This document shows, one piece after another, positions 51,846 to 64,000 of a DNA stretch of 64,000 nt (positions are counted from its first letter, which is position 1; each line of letters opens with the position of its first letter). A program made the translations under genes and the position numbers. Origin of the DNA: Geosiphon pyriformis uo1 (Eukaryota; Fungi; Glomeromycota); the NCBI GenBank assembly GCA_016748015.1, contig JAAOMT010000620.1, positions 486,256 through 550,255 on the forward strand. Direction: 5' to 3'. The notes under the pieces were generated by a model. It saw nothing but the letters and a program-made list of their open reading frames with translations. It was not told where the DNA came from and searched no databases.

Positions 51846-54800
51846 TATTATAAGTAAACTTGGTAGGGTATAGTGATAATATTTGGTGCTCTAATTTAGT
51901 ATTCTAAGGTTGTATATTTTTCACAGAGTTGATGTTTATTAGTCTTTGAAGGTCTTTTCTGAATGAGAATTTACCTATTGAGTTCTTTGGTTATAAGGCA
52001 CAGAGTTTTGGTTTTTGCTGATTACAACTTCTTATAATGGTGAGCTTTTTTTTCTGAGCTAATGAGTACAGTCATTAGGGTCTGGCATTGTCTTTTCACC
52101 CTTCTGATAAGCTATCAAAATAATGTTAATATTCAAAAACCTAGAAGGAGCTTCCCTTTTTTATCAGGCTATCACAAAATTTATTCCCAGACAGTTGATT
52201 TTTCTATGTTACTGCTCCACAAGAAAAAAATAAAAAAAATAAAAAAAAATAAAAAAAAAATAAAAAAATAAAGAAAATAAAATAAGAAATAAGTGTTTTG
52301 TCAACAGCCATGATCAAAAACTATTGTGCCAGCAGGTTAAATAATGAATAATAACATGAATTTGAAGAATTAAAGAGATATTTTATTAATATAATTCCAT
52401 TTCGATTGATAATAACTATCCTTGAAAAGAGGAGTATTTAATAATTATAGCCTATGAGTCTAATTGACTCTGAGAGTCTAATTGACTCCTGAAAGTCTAA
52501 TTTTCTCTCTGAATATATGATAAATATATTACAAGATAAAATTGATTGCTAATTGACTGTCTTTTTAACTTTTACAATTACTTGCCTTTATATATTCTTT
52601 TGGTTTTACAGAATTGCTTTCAATTGCTTTACTATTGCTAGCTATTATTTGTTATTGCTAGCTATTGCTTGCATTTGTCTTATGTTACCTCAAGTTGTAT
52701 CACATTTTTTTTGTCATGTTTCTTTGTCATGTTTTTTTTATAGCTTTTTGGTTTTTTTATTCAGGTAACATTATTTTTCTCTTTTAGAATTGAGCTTTTG
52801 TGAAATCTTCTAAAATTTTTTTTTTTTTTTTTCAATTTTTAAATCTATTTTGGTACATAAATAGTGTTTTTTTTTTAAACTATAAGAATCTGTCCAAGAT
52901 ATCTAATTTCAAATCCTGCATTTGTATTATGTGCACATTTAGCTATAATGCTCTCATTATTATCACTGAATTGAGTTAATTCCTGCTCTATTGTAAGATT
53001 TAAAAGCATGATATATTGTTTGGTGTTTGAAGCAGAGTTTGAATTGTTGTTGTTATTATTGGTGAAGTTTAAATCATTATCATTATCATTAGTGGAGTTT
53101 GAATCAGAATTAAGTTTTGATTCTGATTCTCACTAATTGATTTATCTTCCTTGGAGTTCAAATATATAATGCATGAAAGTGAATTGTGACTTGGGGCCAT
53201 CAGGTGAGTTTTGATAATTTGTTGATTAATTTTGGTATTGTTGATTCTTAAATTTCTTTTTTTTCTCTAAGTCTTTTTCATATTAACACTTTCTTAGTGC
53301 TGATTTTTGGCATGGAAGAAGGCAGTCTTTGCACAGGTAAGTATGAATCTGGGTAGTTTTTTTTTGGAACTCTTTCAATAAGTCTTTAAATAATTGGAGT
53401 TTTGAATTTTTAGAGGTTTGATGGGTTTTATCTGAGGTAAGTTTTTTTGTACAATAGCAGACTTATCAGGTTTCAAATGTTCAGGTTTTAAATAATCAAG
53501 TCTTGAATAATCAGAGTTTTAACTTTAACGAGTTTTATTAAAGATAAGTTTTTTTCTATACTAGCAAAGTTAAAATTTATTGAGTTTCGAATGTTTGGGT
53601 TTTGAACTATTGGGTCTTGAAAAATCAGAGTTTTAACAAGTTTTATTGAAGGTAAGTTACTTTATACAATAGTGGGATTGGAATTATTGGGTTTTGAATA
53701 ATTTTCGAAGTTTTTAATTTAACGAGTTTATTGAAAGTAAGTTTTTTATACAATAGTGGGGTTGGAATCATCGGGTTTCGAATAATTTTTCAGAGTTTTT
53801 AATTTTAACGAGTTTTTTGAATAATTGGGTCTTGAATAATTGAAGTTTTAATTTAACAAGTTTTACGAGTTTATCAAAAATAAGGTTTGAATGTTCAGGG
53901 TTTTAATGATCGGGTTTTGAATAATCAGAGTTTTAATTTAATAAGTTTTATGAGTTTATTAAAGGTAATTTTCAAATGTTCAGGGTTTTAATGATCAGGT
54001 TTTGAATAATCGGAGTTTTAATTTAATGAGTTTTTCAAAGGAAATGCTAAAATATAGATTTCACAAATTCTAAGTGATTTTTCCCTTGTTTTCTCTTGGT
54101 CTTTTACTTTTGTGAATTTCTGGGAGCTCAGTCTTGGTGGATTTATAACTTCACAGGGAGCACCAAATGTTACAGGTAAACTTGGTAAGGTATGGTAGTA
54201 ATGTTTGGTGTTCTAATTTAGTATTCTAAGATTGTATGTTTTTTACAAAGTTGATGTTTATTAGTCTCTAAAAATCTTTTCTGGATGAGAATTTACTTGT
54301 TGAGTTTTTTGGTTATAAGGCACAGAGTTTTGGTTTTCACTGATTGCAACTTTTTATAATAGTAAGCTTTCTTCTTTGAGCTAACGAGTGCAGTTATTAG
54401 GGTCTAGCATTGTCTTTTTGCCTTTTTGGTAAGCTATCAAAATAATGTTAATATTCAAAAACCTAGAGGAAGCTTCCCTCTTTTATCAGGCTATCACAAA
54501 GTCTATTCTCAGACAGTTGATTTTTCTATGTTGCCACTTCACAAGAGAAAAATAAAAAAAATAAAAGAAAATAAAAGAAAATAAAAGAAAAATAAAGAAA
54601 TAAAGAAAATAAAATAAAAAATAAGTGTCTTGTCAATAGCCGTGATCAAGAGCTATTGTGCCAGCAGGTTAAGTAGTGGATAATAACATGGATTTAAAGA
54701 ATTGAAGAGATATTTTATTAATATAATTCCATTTTGGTTGATAGCAACTATCTTTGAAAGAAAAAGTATTTAATAATTAGGGCCTGTGAGTCTAATTGAC

Positions 54801-55103
54801 TCTGAGAGTCTAATTTTCTCTCTGAATATGTGATAAATATATTACAAAATAAAATTGATTGCTAATTAACTGTCTTTTCAACTTCTACAACTATTTGCTT
54901 TTATACATTCTTTTGGTTTTACAGGATTGCTTTTAATTGCTTCACTATTACTAACTATTGTTTGTTATTACTAGCTATTGCTCATTATTGCTAGCTATTG
55001 CTCACATTTGTCTTATGTTACTTCAAATTGTACCACATTTTTCTTATCACGTTTCTTTGTCATGTTTTTTCCATAGCTTTTTGGTTTTTCTACTTGGGTA
55101 ACA
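51846..55103 (-). mobile_element. Internally deleted, non-autonomous LTR-1 element: LTRs 51846-52770 and 54168-55103, 1.4-kb interior
   Basis: Two homologous ~930-bp LTRs. PBS at 54148-54165. Purine tract next to 52770 on the minus strand. Interior has leader repeats, a Cys-rich gag-like start and a dUTPase N-terminal remnant (52885-52990). TSD not clean (ACCAA / CTCAA). Confidence 0.88.
53440..54035. repeat. Hierarchical tandem repeat array in the LTR-element leader (~7 copies of core CGGGTTTTGAATAATCGGAGTTTTAATTTAACGAGTTT)
   Basis: Core recurs near 53497, 53610, 53687, 53770, 53825, 53910 and 53995, with related linker sequence. Confidence 0.8.
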
Positions 55104-58100
55104 CTCAAGACAAACCAGGCACTAATAGAACAATAGATCTATTATGTGGCAAAAAACCATGCTTCTCATAATAGGCTCTTAGTTTGGTTCTTGGCAGCCA
55201 TACACTAGACTTATGACCTTTAGCAAAATGGTAAACCAAATCAACAACCAAAGATCCACTATTTGAATCATTTCCTAATAAACCCTTCATTTCATCCAAT
55301 TATTTCTTCAACATGAAATCCTTGAACAAAGACATATACAAATGATTTGAACTCATAGTCTCATGAAGTGAGCAAACCATTATACCACAAGTAACACATA
55401 CATCCAACAAGATTGTCCAATCCTTAATAGCATCTGAAATCAAGTTTTTACAGGTGTCAACATTGGAAACACAGACAAACATATGATCTAAATCCTCTAA
55501 AAGTCCATATTGAATGCACAACACACTAGGATAATCTGAATCATATAACCTCTTCCTTTTGGCCACAGGCAGTTGATGGTACAAGGCCTTCATGAAATAT
55601 GAATGGAGTATTGCAGAATCAGAACTTGTGTAACCAGATCTAATCTGACCATCCATATGCCATACATTGAAAGTATGATGCTTGTCTATTAGGCCACTAA
55701 GTGATTCATCGACCATGCTATTTGTGTACTTGGATTTCCAACCAACAAGATTAACAGCTTCATAAAGTTTCCTAATTATGTGATAAGCATTGTCAGAAAG
55801 AGGTCTGTCTTCTATGCTAAGAAAGTGGTGTGACATCTTGACAGGAAGGATGAAATTAGAACCAGTAGCAGCACTAGTAAAAAAATTAGCATACTCATTG
55901 CTAATGACACCAGTATGGTCTTTTACTTTGTTCCAGATAATTGACAGATTTTTTGACAAAATAGTTTCACAAACATACTTATATTCTATTCAGCATTTTT
56001 TTCTGAAATCCAGTCTGGAGCTTTATAAGGCTGATGCACATAGGTCTAACAAAGTCTGACTATTAGTAAACAACACTACTGTACTATGACTAGGAATACA
56101 GTCTAAGACAAGAGTGATGACTTGCATCTCTATAAGCATGGAAGACAGTAAACTGAGAATCCTAACACCAACACCAATGGCAGCAAGAAAATAAACAGCA
56201 GTGTCACTATAAACACTAGGGAAACCAAGATTTCTAACCGAACTGTTAATGTAAACATGTATAATATCAGAACCTGCTTGTCCTAAATGATCTCTGACAT
56301 AACTAGCATCATATGAGCAAAATTTCGAAGAGAGAAGTTGCAACAAATTGCTACCACCAACCAGACCACCAGATTCAATAAAGTTTACAAGAGAGATGAA
56401 CCAATCAGGAGTCAGTCCCCTAGGATCCAGCTTTTTCCATCTATAAAATGTATTCTATGTAAAACACTTGCTATAATGGTCCAGAAGCTGGTTCATGTAG
56501 ATTATCCCAAATCTTCTCAGTGAATCCACTACCTTTATGTAAACATTCAGCCCAAGAACATCTGCAGCAGCAACACTACTGCTTGCATAAAACATGTTTT
56601 TCGCACTACTTTCCAAAGATAGGCCACACAATAAAAGTGTGTTCGTCATGCCAGCTAAAAAACAGTCTACAGAATTGATTGGGAGTGTTATCAGAAAATT
56701 GAAAGGGTTCCAGAGCATCCAACTAATGACCTGTAGATCCATCACATGGTGTTTAAACAAGTTGCTGAGTACACTCACAGAATTAGCAAATAACACAAAA
56801 TTGGCCAGTGAATTTTTGGCCAGGAGCTGCTTGAATAGTACCAAATTATATAAATCCAAGTACTATAAGACCTTGTTGGAAAAGTTTTTGGGAAGATTAG
56901 CCTTGAGTTTCAAACTCTTTCTCAACAACTTGTCCTATTTTTCATACACATTAGTAAAAACATGACTAAATTGGAGCCTATAATTAATAATGGGCTGTAA
57001 AACAGCAGAAACTAAATACAGAAATTGTTTATTAGAAACCATTTTCTTCAGAACTAAGTTCATAAAAAACTTTAAGTCCAAATGTGCCTTAGCAATACTA
57101 GGATGAAAAAAACCTTCAGTTGACAAAAAAATGTTCAAGTATCTATGAGCCTTGCACCTCTTTGCTATTGTAATATTTGATTCACTAATTACTAGCTGAG
57201 GATAGGCAACTCTTCTGTTGATTGGTATGATCACTGTTTTATCTGTGTTTATTGAAATGTTATTTATATGAAAAAACTCACTAGCAATATTCAAAATACT
57301 CTGAGTTACAGCTATGCTGTTTTCAATCCAGATTGTGTTATTTACAAAGGCCCCAGTAGCCATGAAGGACACCTTACTAGTCCTAAGATCCAGCTTGCCA
57401 GTGCATGTAAAAAATTGAATTCCATTCTATAGCCATATGCATAACTAAACTTTTTAATCTCACAAAACAAAAGATCATAAAAAATTCTTCACAGCAATAG
57501 AGAGAAAACTTCTCCTTGGTCAAGTCCATCATGTACCATGTATTCGGATGTGAATCCAAAATCTATCATAACATGGTTTATTTGACCATTGTGAATATTC
57601 TCAAAAAACTTAATAAAATGAGGACACATCTTAATTCTGGTTAGACAATTCTTCAAGTGATGCCATCCAACAGAGTCATACACTTTGCACATGTTCTGTA
57701 GCACCAATCACATTTCCTTGCCCTTTTCCAAAGCATCTTCAACCACTGAGCCAACAGCAAAAATCAGAGAGAGAATAGACATATCTCTCAAAACTGAAAA
57801 GTTATCATTCTAAAGAACATTAAACCTGCTACATGCCAAAGAAATCCTGTCTGAAAGCAGCTTAGATAGTACTTTGTGAGCAGTCTTAATCAAAACAATG
57901 GGTCTTGTGTTGGTTAGAGTCTCTTTCCAATCATACAGTTTTGGTATCATAGAGATCCAGACCCTCTTCTATAGCATAAGAACTATTGTCAATTGTAAGC
58001 ACAAATTATAAATATTCAACAGGCCACCCAAAATTTTTTTATCACAATGCTTCTATAGTTCATTAGTAATACCAGAAAATCCAGCTGCTTTGCCATCTGG

Positions 58101-61057
58101 TAGATCTCTAACCACTAATAACAACTCATCCAGACTGAAACTACACATAACACCTGAAAATACACTGGTATCAATGTGAGCCAAGGGAGCATATTGAGTT
58201 GACCAATGATCTGACAGAACACCGGGCACCATGTATTTTCTCATCCATCCTTCCATAATCATATTAATATTCAACTTAACATTACAAGGATCCAAAATCA
58301 AATTATTATTTACTCTCAAGTAGTCCAATATCACTTTTCAAACAGGTCATTTCAACACATTCCGAATTATGCACTTTTTATTAGAGCAAAAAATTTCCAT
58401 ACATTTGTTAATTGTCTTCCTGATAGAGTTATTCCTAGCCATCCTGGATTCATAATATTTGGATTTGCAGTATGTTTTTCTCACACTAGCCAGGTAATAG
58501 AAAGCCACTTTAGTCTTAACATTACTATTAATTAGGGTCTCAAACTTAGAAGCTTCTGCCTTGTCAAGACCAGACCAAGTATGTAAAAAGCAAACAAAAT
58601 TAGCTGTGCAACCCTTACTTAAACTCTTCACAATTTTTGCCACCAGAAGTTCCAACCTAAAAAACTTGGAAGAATATTTGTTCCTTACACACTTGAAATC
58701 ACTGAACCAATATTTGGAGAAAATTTTTTCAGCCAATACCACCATAATCTTCCTTAGAATGTTCCATATTGTATCCAAATTCCCAAGATCTTTTGCCTAA
58801 GTAAATTCAGGCAGAACCAAAGCAAACCTGTTAGATGAGTGCTCTCTGAAATGCAACCATTTACTAGCATTAGCATCCTTAATTTTGAATTTCCACCTGT
58901 CTCTGTTGGCTTGCTTGCATAAACTATTTAAATTGGCATTTACAAGACCCTCCAACCCAATTGAAACCAAAACTGTCTTATAATCAGTGTCAAAAAATTC
59001 CACAACAAAGCCAATTTTATGGCTGGCAACAGCAGAAGACAAATTGTAATTAACAAAAATAAAATCAATAGTTCTCTCAATCTCTCTTGAGTTGGACCAT
59101 GTAGAAACTTCAGCCAGCTCATGGCCAATAAATGAATTCACCAAACCCAAATCAGAACAAAACTTGAAACACATGCTCCTCTCTTTCCCATTTTTATTAA
59201 AGTTCTTACCCAAAACCACAAATGTGCTGGAATTGACAGCTTTAGCAATGAGAGAATTAACAATCAAAGCTTGATTAAATCTTGATTTAATAAAGGCATC
59301 AGCATATAAACCCAAAATGGACATCAAAATCTTGCTTTTGAACAGAAACTTAATTGAAATGACTCACTCAGGAATCTCCTCTACTTTTGATATATGCTGA
59401 ACCAGACATTTATTCATGATAACTGCTACTCCAGTCCCTAAAAAACCCTTTTCCAGCCCAAAAGTAAATATTCACATTTCATCAAATTTTTTCATAATTT
59501 ATAGCCTAATACTAGACTTCAGTTTAGTTTCAGTAATGAATGAAACCATGTTATCTAAATTCATATGCCACTATATAATATCTTTCTGTTTAGCTAGAAC
59601 ATTAATGCCATAAACATTGCACATAGCAAATTTCCAAATCAAGTTATTTATTGGGGAGCAGAAGGCATCTGAAAACCTAAGCCAGCACACAACTGATCTA
59701 ACTTTGCCAAAATTGAACCAATTGAGGCTTCACGAGCCACCAATTTTGACTCTAAACAGTCCACCTTAGTTGTCAAAATCTTTGAGCTACTGAGTCCCAA
59801 AGCTGAAATAACAGAAGGAGATGTAAGTACTGCTTCAAAACTATCTAAAACTATATTAGAGTTCAAATCCAAATTGACGTTAACTGGGGCAACCAATTTG
59901 TCAAAAGAAGAAGGGAGCCAAAGGCACCAATTCCATATTGTTGAATTTGTGCATAATGCCAGAAACCTGATCACCCAAGAGCTCTAAGAAACATTCCAAA
60001 GAAAACAAATGAGCATTCAAAGACAAATTATTAGCCAGGACAAGAGAAGAACTACCACTCAAACCTAAGGCACTAGAAGAAAAAGAAAAAGAACCAAAAC
60101 CAGACTCAAACTGAAGATCACCAGAAGAAAATACAGAAGAAACCACCTAAGCCCATGACTTGCCACCAAAAGCAGTAGGATGAGAAATAAAAACATTTTT
60201 CTTGGCATATAACTTGGCCAACCGAAGATAATTTACATGAGAAACATTTTTTTTAACGGTTTTTTTAGAAGAGGCAGACACCAGAGTGTCAGAGACATTA
60301 CATTCCAAAGCTGAGTGTCCAAACTTCTCACACTTTTCATACCAAACCAAATCCAATCTAGTCCAAGAAAGTCTCATGTCACCAAAAATTGGCTCAGTAC
60401 GAAATGCAAATTCAAGCTTATTTTCAGATTCAAAACCAATAACAACACAGTGAGTCCAGTTGCTAGTCTTCAGAGAATAGTTGATTACACAAGTTTTCCC
60501 AGCCTCTTCCAAAAGAGTATCAAGATTATGTGCAGTTGTTCCCACCAGCAAAGTAAACAAAAGCATCCTAAAACAATCCTTAAACATCCAAGTATTCTGA
60601 TCTCTCATGGCCATAGCCACATGCATTGAGTCCTTCCCAATAAAAAATAACCATCTTAATGCCAGTTGCTTTGCTTGTTCCAACTCAGTAAATTCTATCA
60701 TAGTCTTCTACCACATTTCAATCAGCTGAATTTTGATCGACTTAATATTACCAAACTCAGATACTGCAGTAATGATCATCTTCTTTGGCATATCCATGGA
60801 AATTTCCTTGATTACTACAGTCTGATCTGACTTCATTCCTTGTCTCTTAAGATTGCTGTTTACAGTGATTCTTTTTTCTCTGGTCAATAATGTGGCCATT
60901 TCTATGCTCTTTTCTGAAGTAAATATCAATCAAATAATCCCTTCAAAATTTGAAAGGATATTGGCCCCCCCAAAACCATTGAGTAAAGAAAAAATTTTTC
61001 TGATGAATTAAGTCTTTGCTGTCATTGATTTCCCTTCCACAGCACTAAGATTAATGT
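55104..61057 (-). mobile_element. Body of LINE copy E (ORF1 part, ORF2), strongly decayed; interrupted at 61057 by Gypsy G2
   Basis: APE, RT (QNMCKVYDSV, QGEVFS, AFVNN), RNase H and finger remnants in order. Confidence 0.9.
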
Positions 61058-61988
61058 TGTTACTGGAGGTTTTTGGTCTCTTTTCTGTAATGTTGTTGAT
61101 ACTTATTTGCTGTGAATTCACGTTTTCTGGATGTGGTTAAACCTCCAGTAACTGAATTTTTAACTTCAAATTATCTCCTATAATTTGAACTTGCTGGACT
61201 TATAAGTGGAATGGCCAATTCCATGCCAGTTGCTTTATGTAGTTATGTTGTAGTAAATGTCAACTCTTTCCCAGGAATTGGTCATCTGGAAGCTCACTAA
61301 AAATGTGTAGTTACTTTGCTGTGAAAGTCAACTCTTTTACAGGAATCTCATCTGTAGACTACCCTAATAATTGTAATAAGAAAAGAAAAGAAAAGAAAAG
61401 AAAAATAAAAGAAGTGTAAAAGAAATAGGATTTTATTAAGAGAAACGTTTTCTATCCAGGCCTGGAGTCACTAACAGTTTACTGAAATTGGTAGCTAATC
61501 AATTTCGAAATGTTAGTTGGGTTTTGGGGATTTTCCAAGTACAATAATTAAAGAATTTGGTTTTTCAAATTATTTGATATTTATTTCTTTTTGTGTGTAT
61601 AGGAACAGTTTTTAAGAGATAAATCTAAAGTAAGATATATTTTCTTGAAGAGAGAAGCTCTTCTTTTATACAACTTGTCATAACACTATTCTATAAACTT
61701 AAACTTTGCTATTTTCTACAATTTTGCTGAACTAAAGATATATTTTGGCAAACTACAAGTTATTTCTGCGAACTATTAGATATTTCGGTGAACTATCCAT
61801 TATTTTGGTGAATTTCTATAAATTTCGGTGAATTTTTGAATGTTACATAGTTTGGGGTATTGCATGATTGATCATCGCAATTAAGTTACATTTGTATTGT
61901 ATACAATTTGGATTATTAATTAAATAATAATTTTGGACATTCTTTGCTAATGTAATGAGTGATAATTTGAAACAATAATATATGCTAA

Positions 61989-62627
61989 TTAATGATAGGA
62001 ATTATGAGATAATTTTATGCTAAATAATATCTCTAATTTCAGTTCTGTGAGCTTTCCAATGTATTGAATCTTCAAAGGTTGAAAAATTGGGTTTTGTAGT
62101 ATGTTTTCACAGGTGTGGAATAGGTCATAAAGTCTAAGAGCAGCTCTAAGCCTGTAGTGACTGTTTGTTAATCCAGCTGTTGTCTTGAATTTATTGTGAA
62201 GTTGTTTCTGAATAGCTTCTTTTGTGAGGTTTGCTGTTGTAAGTTCCAGTTTCCGTTCATAGAGTGTTTTTCCAATGTGAAAATATCTATAGATTGGAGG
62301 ATATTCAGTGTTTTCCTCATTAAGACACAGTTGAAGTTTTTGTTGAATTGTAGCATTTGGTGGAATACTAATCGGAGTGAGCATTAGATTTTCTCTTAAA
62401 GCAAGCTTTAAAAGTTCTGGCAGGTGAATTCCAGTATAACTTCTTGTGTTCTTTTTATACGGGTGATATTTTCGTGAATTTGGGGCTAAATTTGTAACTA
62501 CTTCTGTTTGAGTATAATTTATGTGGTTTCCAGTAACAGTAATGGATAATTTGGGTATTGTTTTTAAAGCTAACATTAGTTTTTGAGATAATTGTTGAAT
62601 GTTTTGAGGAATAGTCATTATAAGCAA
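61989..62627 (-). CDS. Extra ORF downstream of Gypsy integrase, unknown function; C-terminus probably truncated into the LTR
   Basis: 212-codon stop-free frame with ATG at codon 4, same strand as pol. The last ~13 codons lie in LTR-homologous sequence. Confidence 0.6.
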   Translation of the reverse strand: MLIMTIPQNIQQLSQKLMLALKTIPKLSITVTGNHINYTQTEVVTNLAPNSRKYHPYKKNTRSYTGIHLPELLKLALRENLMLTPISIPPNATIQQKLQLCLNEENTEYPPIYRYFHIGKTLYERKLELTTANLTKEAIQKQLHNKFKTTAGLTNSHYRLRAALRLYDLFHTCENILQNPIFQPLKIQYIGKLTELKLEILFSIKLSHNSYH

Positions 62628-62734
62628 TTAAAAACTAAAAAAATTATTTTTGGTGTATGGGTTTTTATGTTATTTTTGTTTTGTTTTTGTAAGATTGTTT
62701 TATAAATTATAAGAGAATAACTAGTAAAATTAAA

Positions 62735-64000
62735 TTAAGTGTTCAGGTTGAAAGGTTGTTCAATGACAACTATTGGTTCTAAGTTTTGGAGAATATCTTT
62801 GAGACTGACCAAAGGAGAATGTGTACCAATTTGTGGAATTAATGGTTCAGGATTGTTTCTGGAATAATAGTGTTTCAAATGATCTCCATGTGCAACTTTT
62901 GCTAAGATTTTGTCATCAAGTCTTAGCTTATATAATTTATTGCCTAGGACTTCATGGATAAAGAATGGTCCATCCCATTTATTTTCAAATTTTCCACTCC
63001 ATTGTTTTTCAGCTTTAGTTCTGTGTAAGAGAACTTTGTTTCCAATTTTGAATTTATTGGTGACTGAAGGCAATTTGTCATCATGCTGTTTTTTTGTTGA
63101 GCTTGGGAGTGTTCAATATGGGTGGCTGCTATTCGTCGTTTTCCTTCTAATGTGCTAAGCAGAGTGTAGGCTCTTCACTGAAGCGTTTCTTGGAAATTGT
63201 TTTCATCGATCGGTTGTGTTGGATATGTTTCCACTGTGAAACTAATTGGTAACATTGCCGTCCTTCCATAAGTTAAATCAAATGATGTGTGTTTCGTGGT
63301 ATCTTGTTTTAATGTCTTATATGCTAGTAACACTGATGGAATAAAAAGATCCCATTCTTGCTCAAAATTGGTTGAGACTTTGGCTAATGACTCACACAAT
63401 GTTCTGTTAAAACGTTTCACAAGTCCATTTGTTTGTGGATGGTAGGGTGAAGACAAAGGTCTTTTGATATTGAATCATTCACAAATTTCTTGTATCAGGT
63501 TGTTCACAAAGTGTGTTCTCTGATCGGATAAAAGTTCAATTGGACATCCATGTCTACAAATGATGTCTTCATAGATGAAATTTGCTACTAATTTTGCATC
63601 TGCTCATTGAATGGCTCTGGCTTCAAGCCATTTAGTAAGATAGTCTATAGCTACTGCAATATAACGGTTTCCTTGAGTGGTAATAGATAGTGGTCCGACT
63701 AAATTGATACCAACTCTGTCAAAAGACTGTCCAACTTTGATTGGATTTAAAGGTTCTGTAGGGCAAGTTCCTTCTCTTCTTTGACAACTATCACAAGATT
63801 TGACATATTCGTGAATGTCTTTTCTCATTCGAGGCCAAAAGTAGTATTCTAGTGTTCTTTGGGTGGTGCTATCTTTTCCGAAGTGTGCTGATGAAGGATC
63901 TGAGTGCATATTGTATAAAATGGTCTCTTTTTCCTGTTTTTGTATTAATCTGAGTGGTTTGGTTGGGTTTTTGAAATTTCGATGATAGATAATGTTGTTG
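62735..64000 (-). pseudogene. Gypsy integrase: HHCC zinc domain, rve core, GPY/F module
   Basis: HSDPSSAHFG..CDSCQ; VGINLVGP (D>N); SDQRTHF; YHPQTNGLVKRFN (E>K); WDGPFFI. Stops and frameshifts present. Confidence 0.92.

Larger units (their letters stand above)
61058..64000 (-). mobile_element. 3' part of Ty3/Gypsy element G2: integrase, extra ORF, 3' LTR (LTR-2, 61058-~62027)
   Basis: LTR terminus TGTTACTGG at 61058 and homology to 9112-10010. 20-bp tandem repeats at 61741-61840. Integrase motifs present. Confidence 0.9.

Noticed and set aside
52062-52768. Two short + strand ORFs (69 and 71 aa)
   Set aside because: They lie within an LTR, include low-complexity A or T tracts, and have no protein motifs.
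53440-54035. Repeat-spacer appearance suggesting a CRISPR array
   Set aside because: Linkers are themselves homologous and irregular, the context is a eukaryotic LTR-element leader, and there are no cas genes.
23605-61057. Dozens of 60-175 aa ORFs antisense or out of frame within LINE copies
   Set aside because: They are shadows of ORF1/ORF2 codon structure, are not conserved as intact frames between copies and have no recognisable motifs.
61989-62627. env gene
   Set aside because: No signal peptide, transmembrane anchor or furin-like site visible.

Overview
AT-rich fungal genomic DNA with short GT-AG introns. The gene set and transposon style suggest an early-diverging fungus, probably Glomeromycotina (Geosiphon/Archaeosporales-like); this is recall, not a search result. 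A compact ~8 kb gene island (11.8-19.9 kb) holds TIM23 (+), PEX19 (-), a 12-exon ~577-aa gene that aligns by eye along its whole length with animal FANCC (-), and TVP23 (-). Everything else is nested, transition-decayed transposon DNA or extremely AT-rich filler. There are six copies of an RNase H-bearing LINE group, four with clear target-site duplications. There are also Ty3/Gypsy-type LTR elements (two with dUTPase remnants, one with an extra ORF after integrase), a tandem LTR junction and a non-autonomous hAT element. The main leads are a candidate fungal Fanconi-anemia core subunit FANCC with MCB/E2F-like upstream motifs, dUTPase-carrying Gypsy elements, and LINE features: a conserved CAATGA stop-start overlap, ORF1/ORF2 swapping between lineages, and conserved 5' and 3' RNA structures. 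Exon models and alignments were made by eye and need confirmation.
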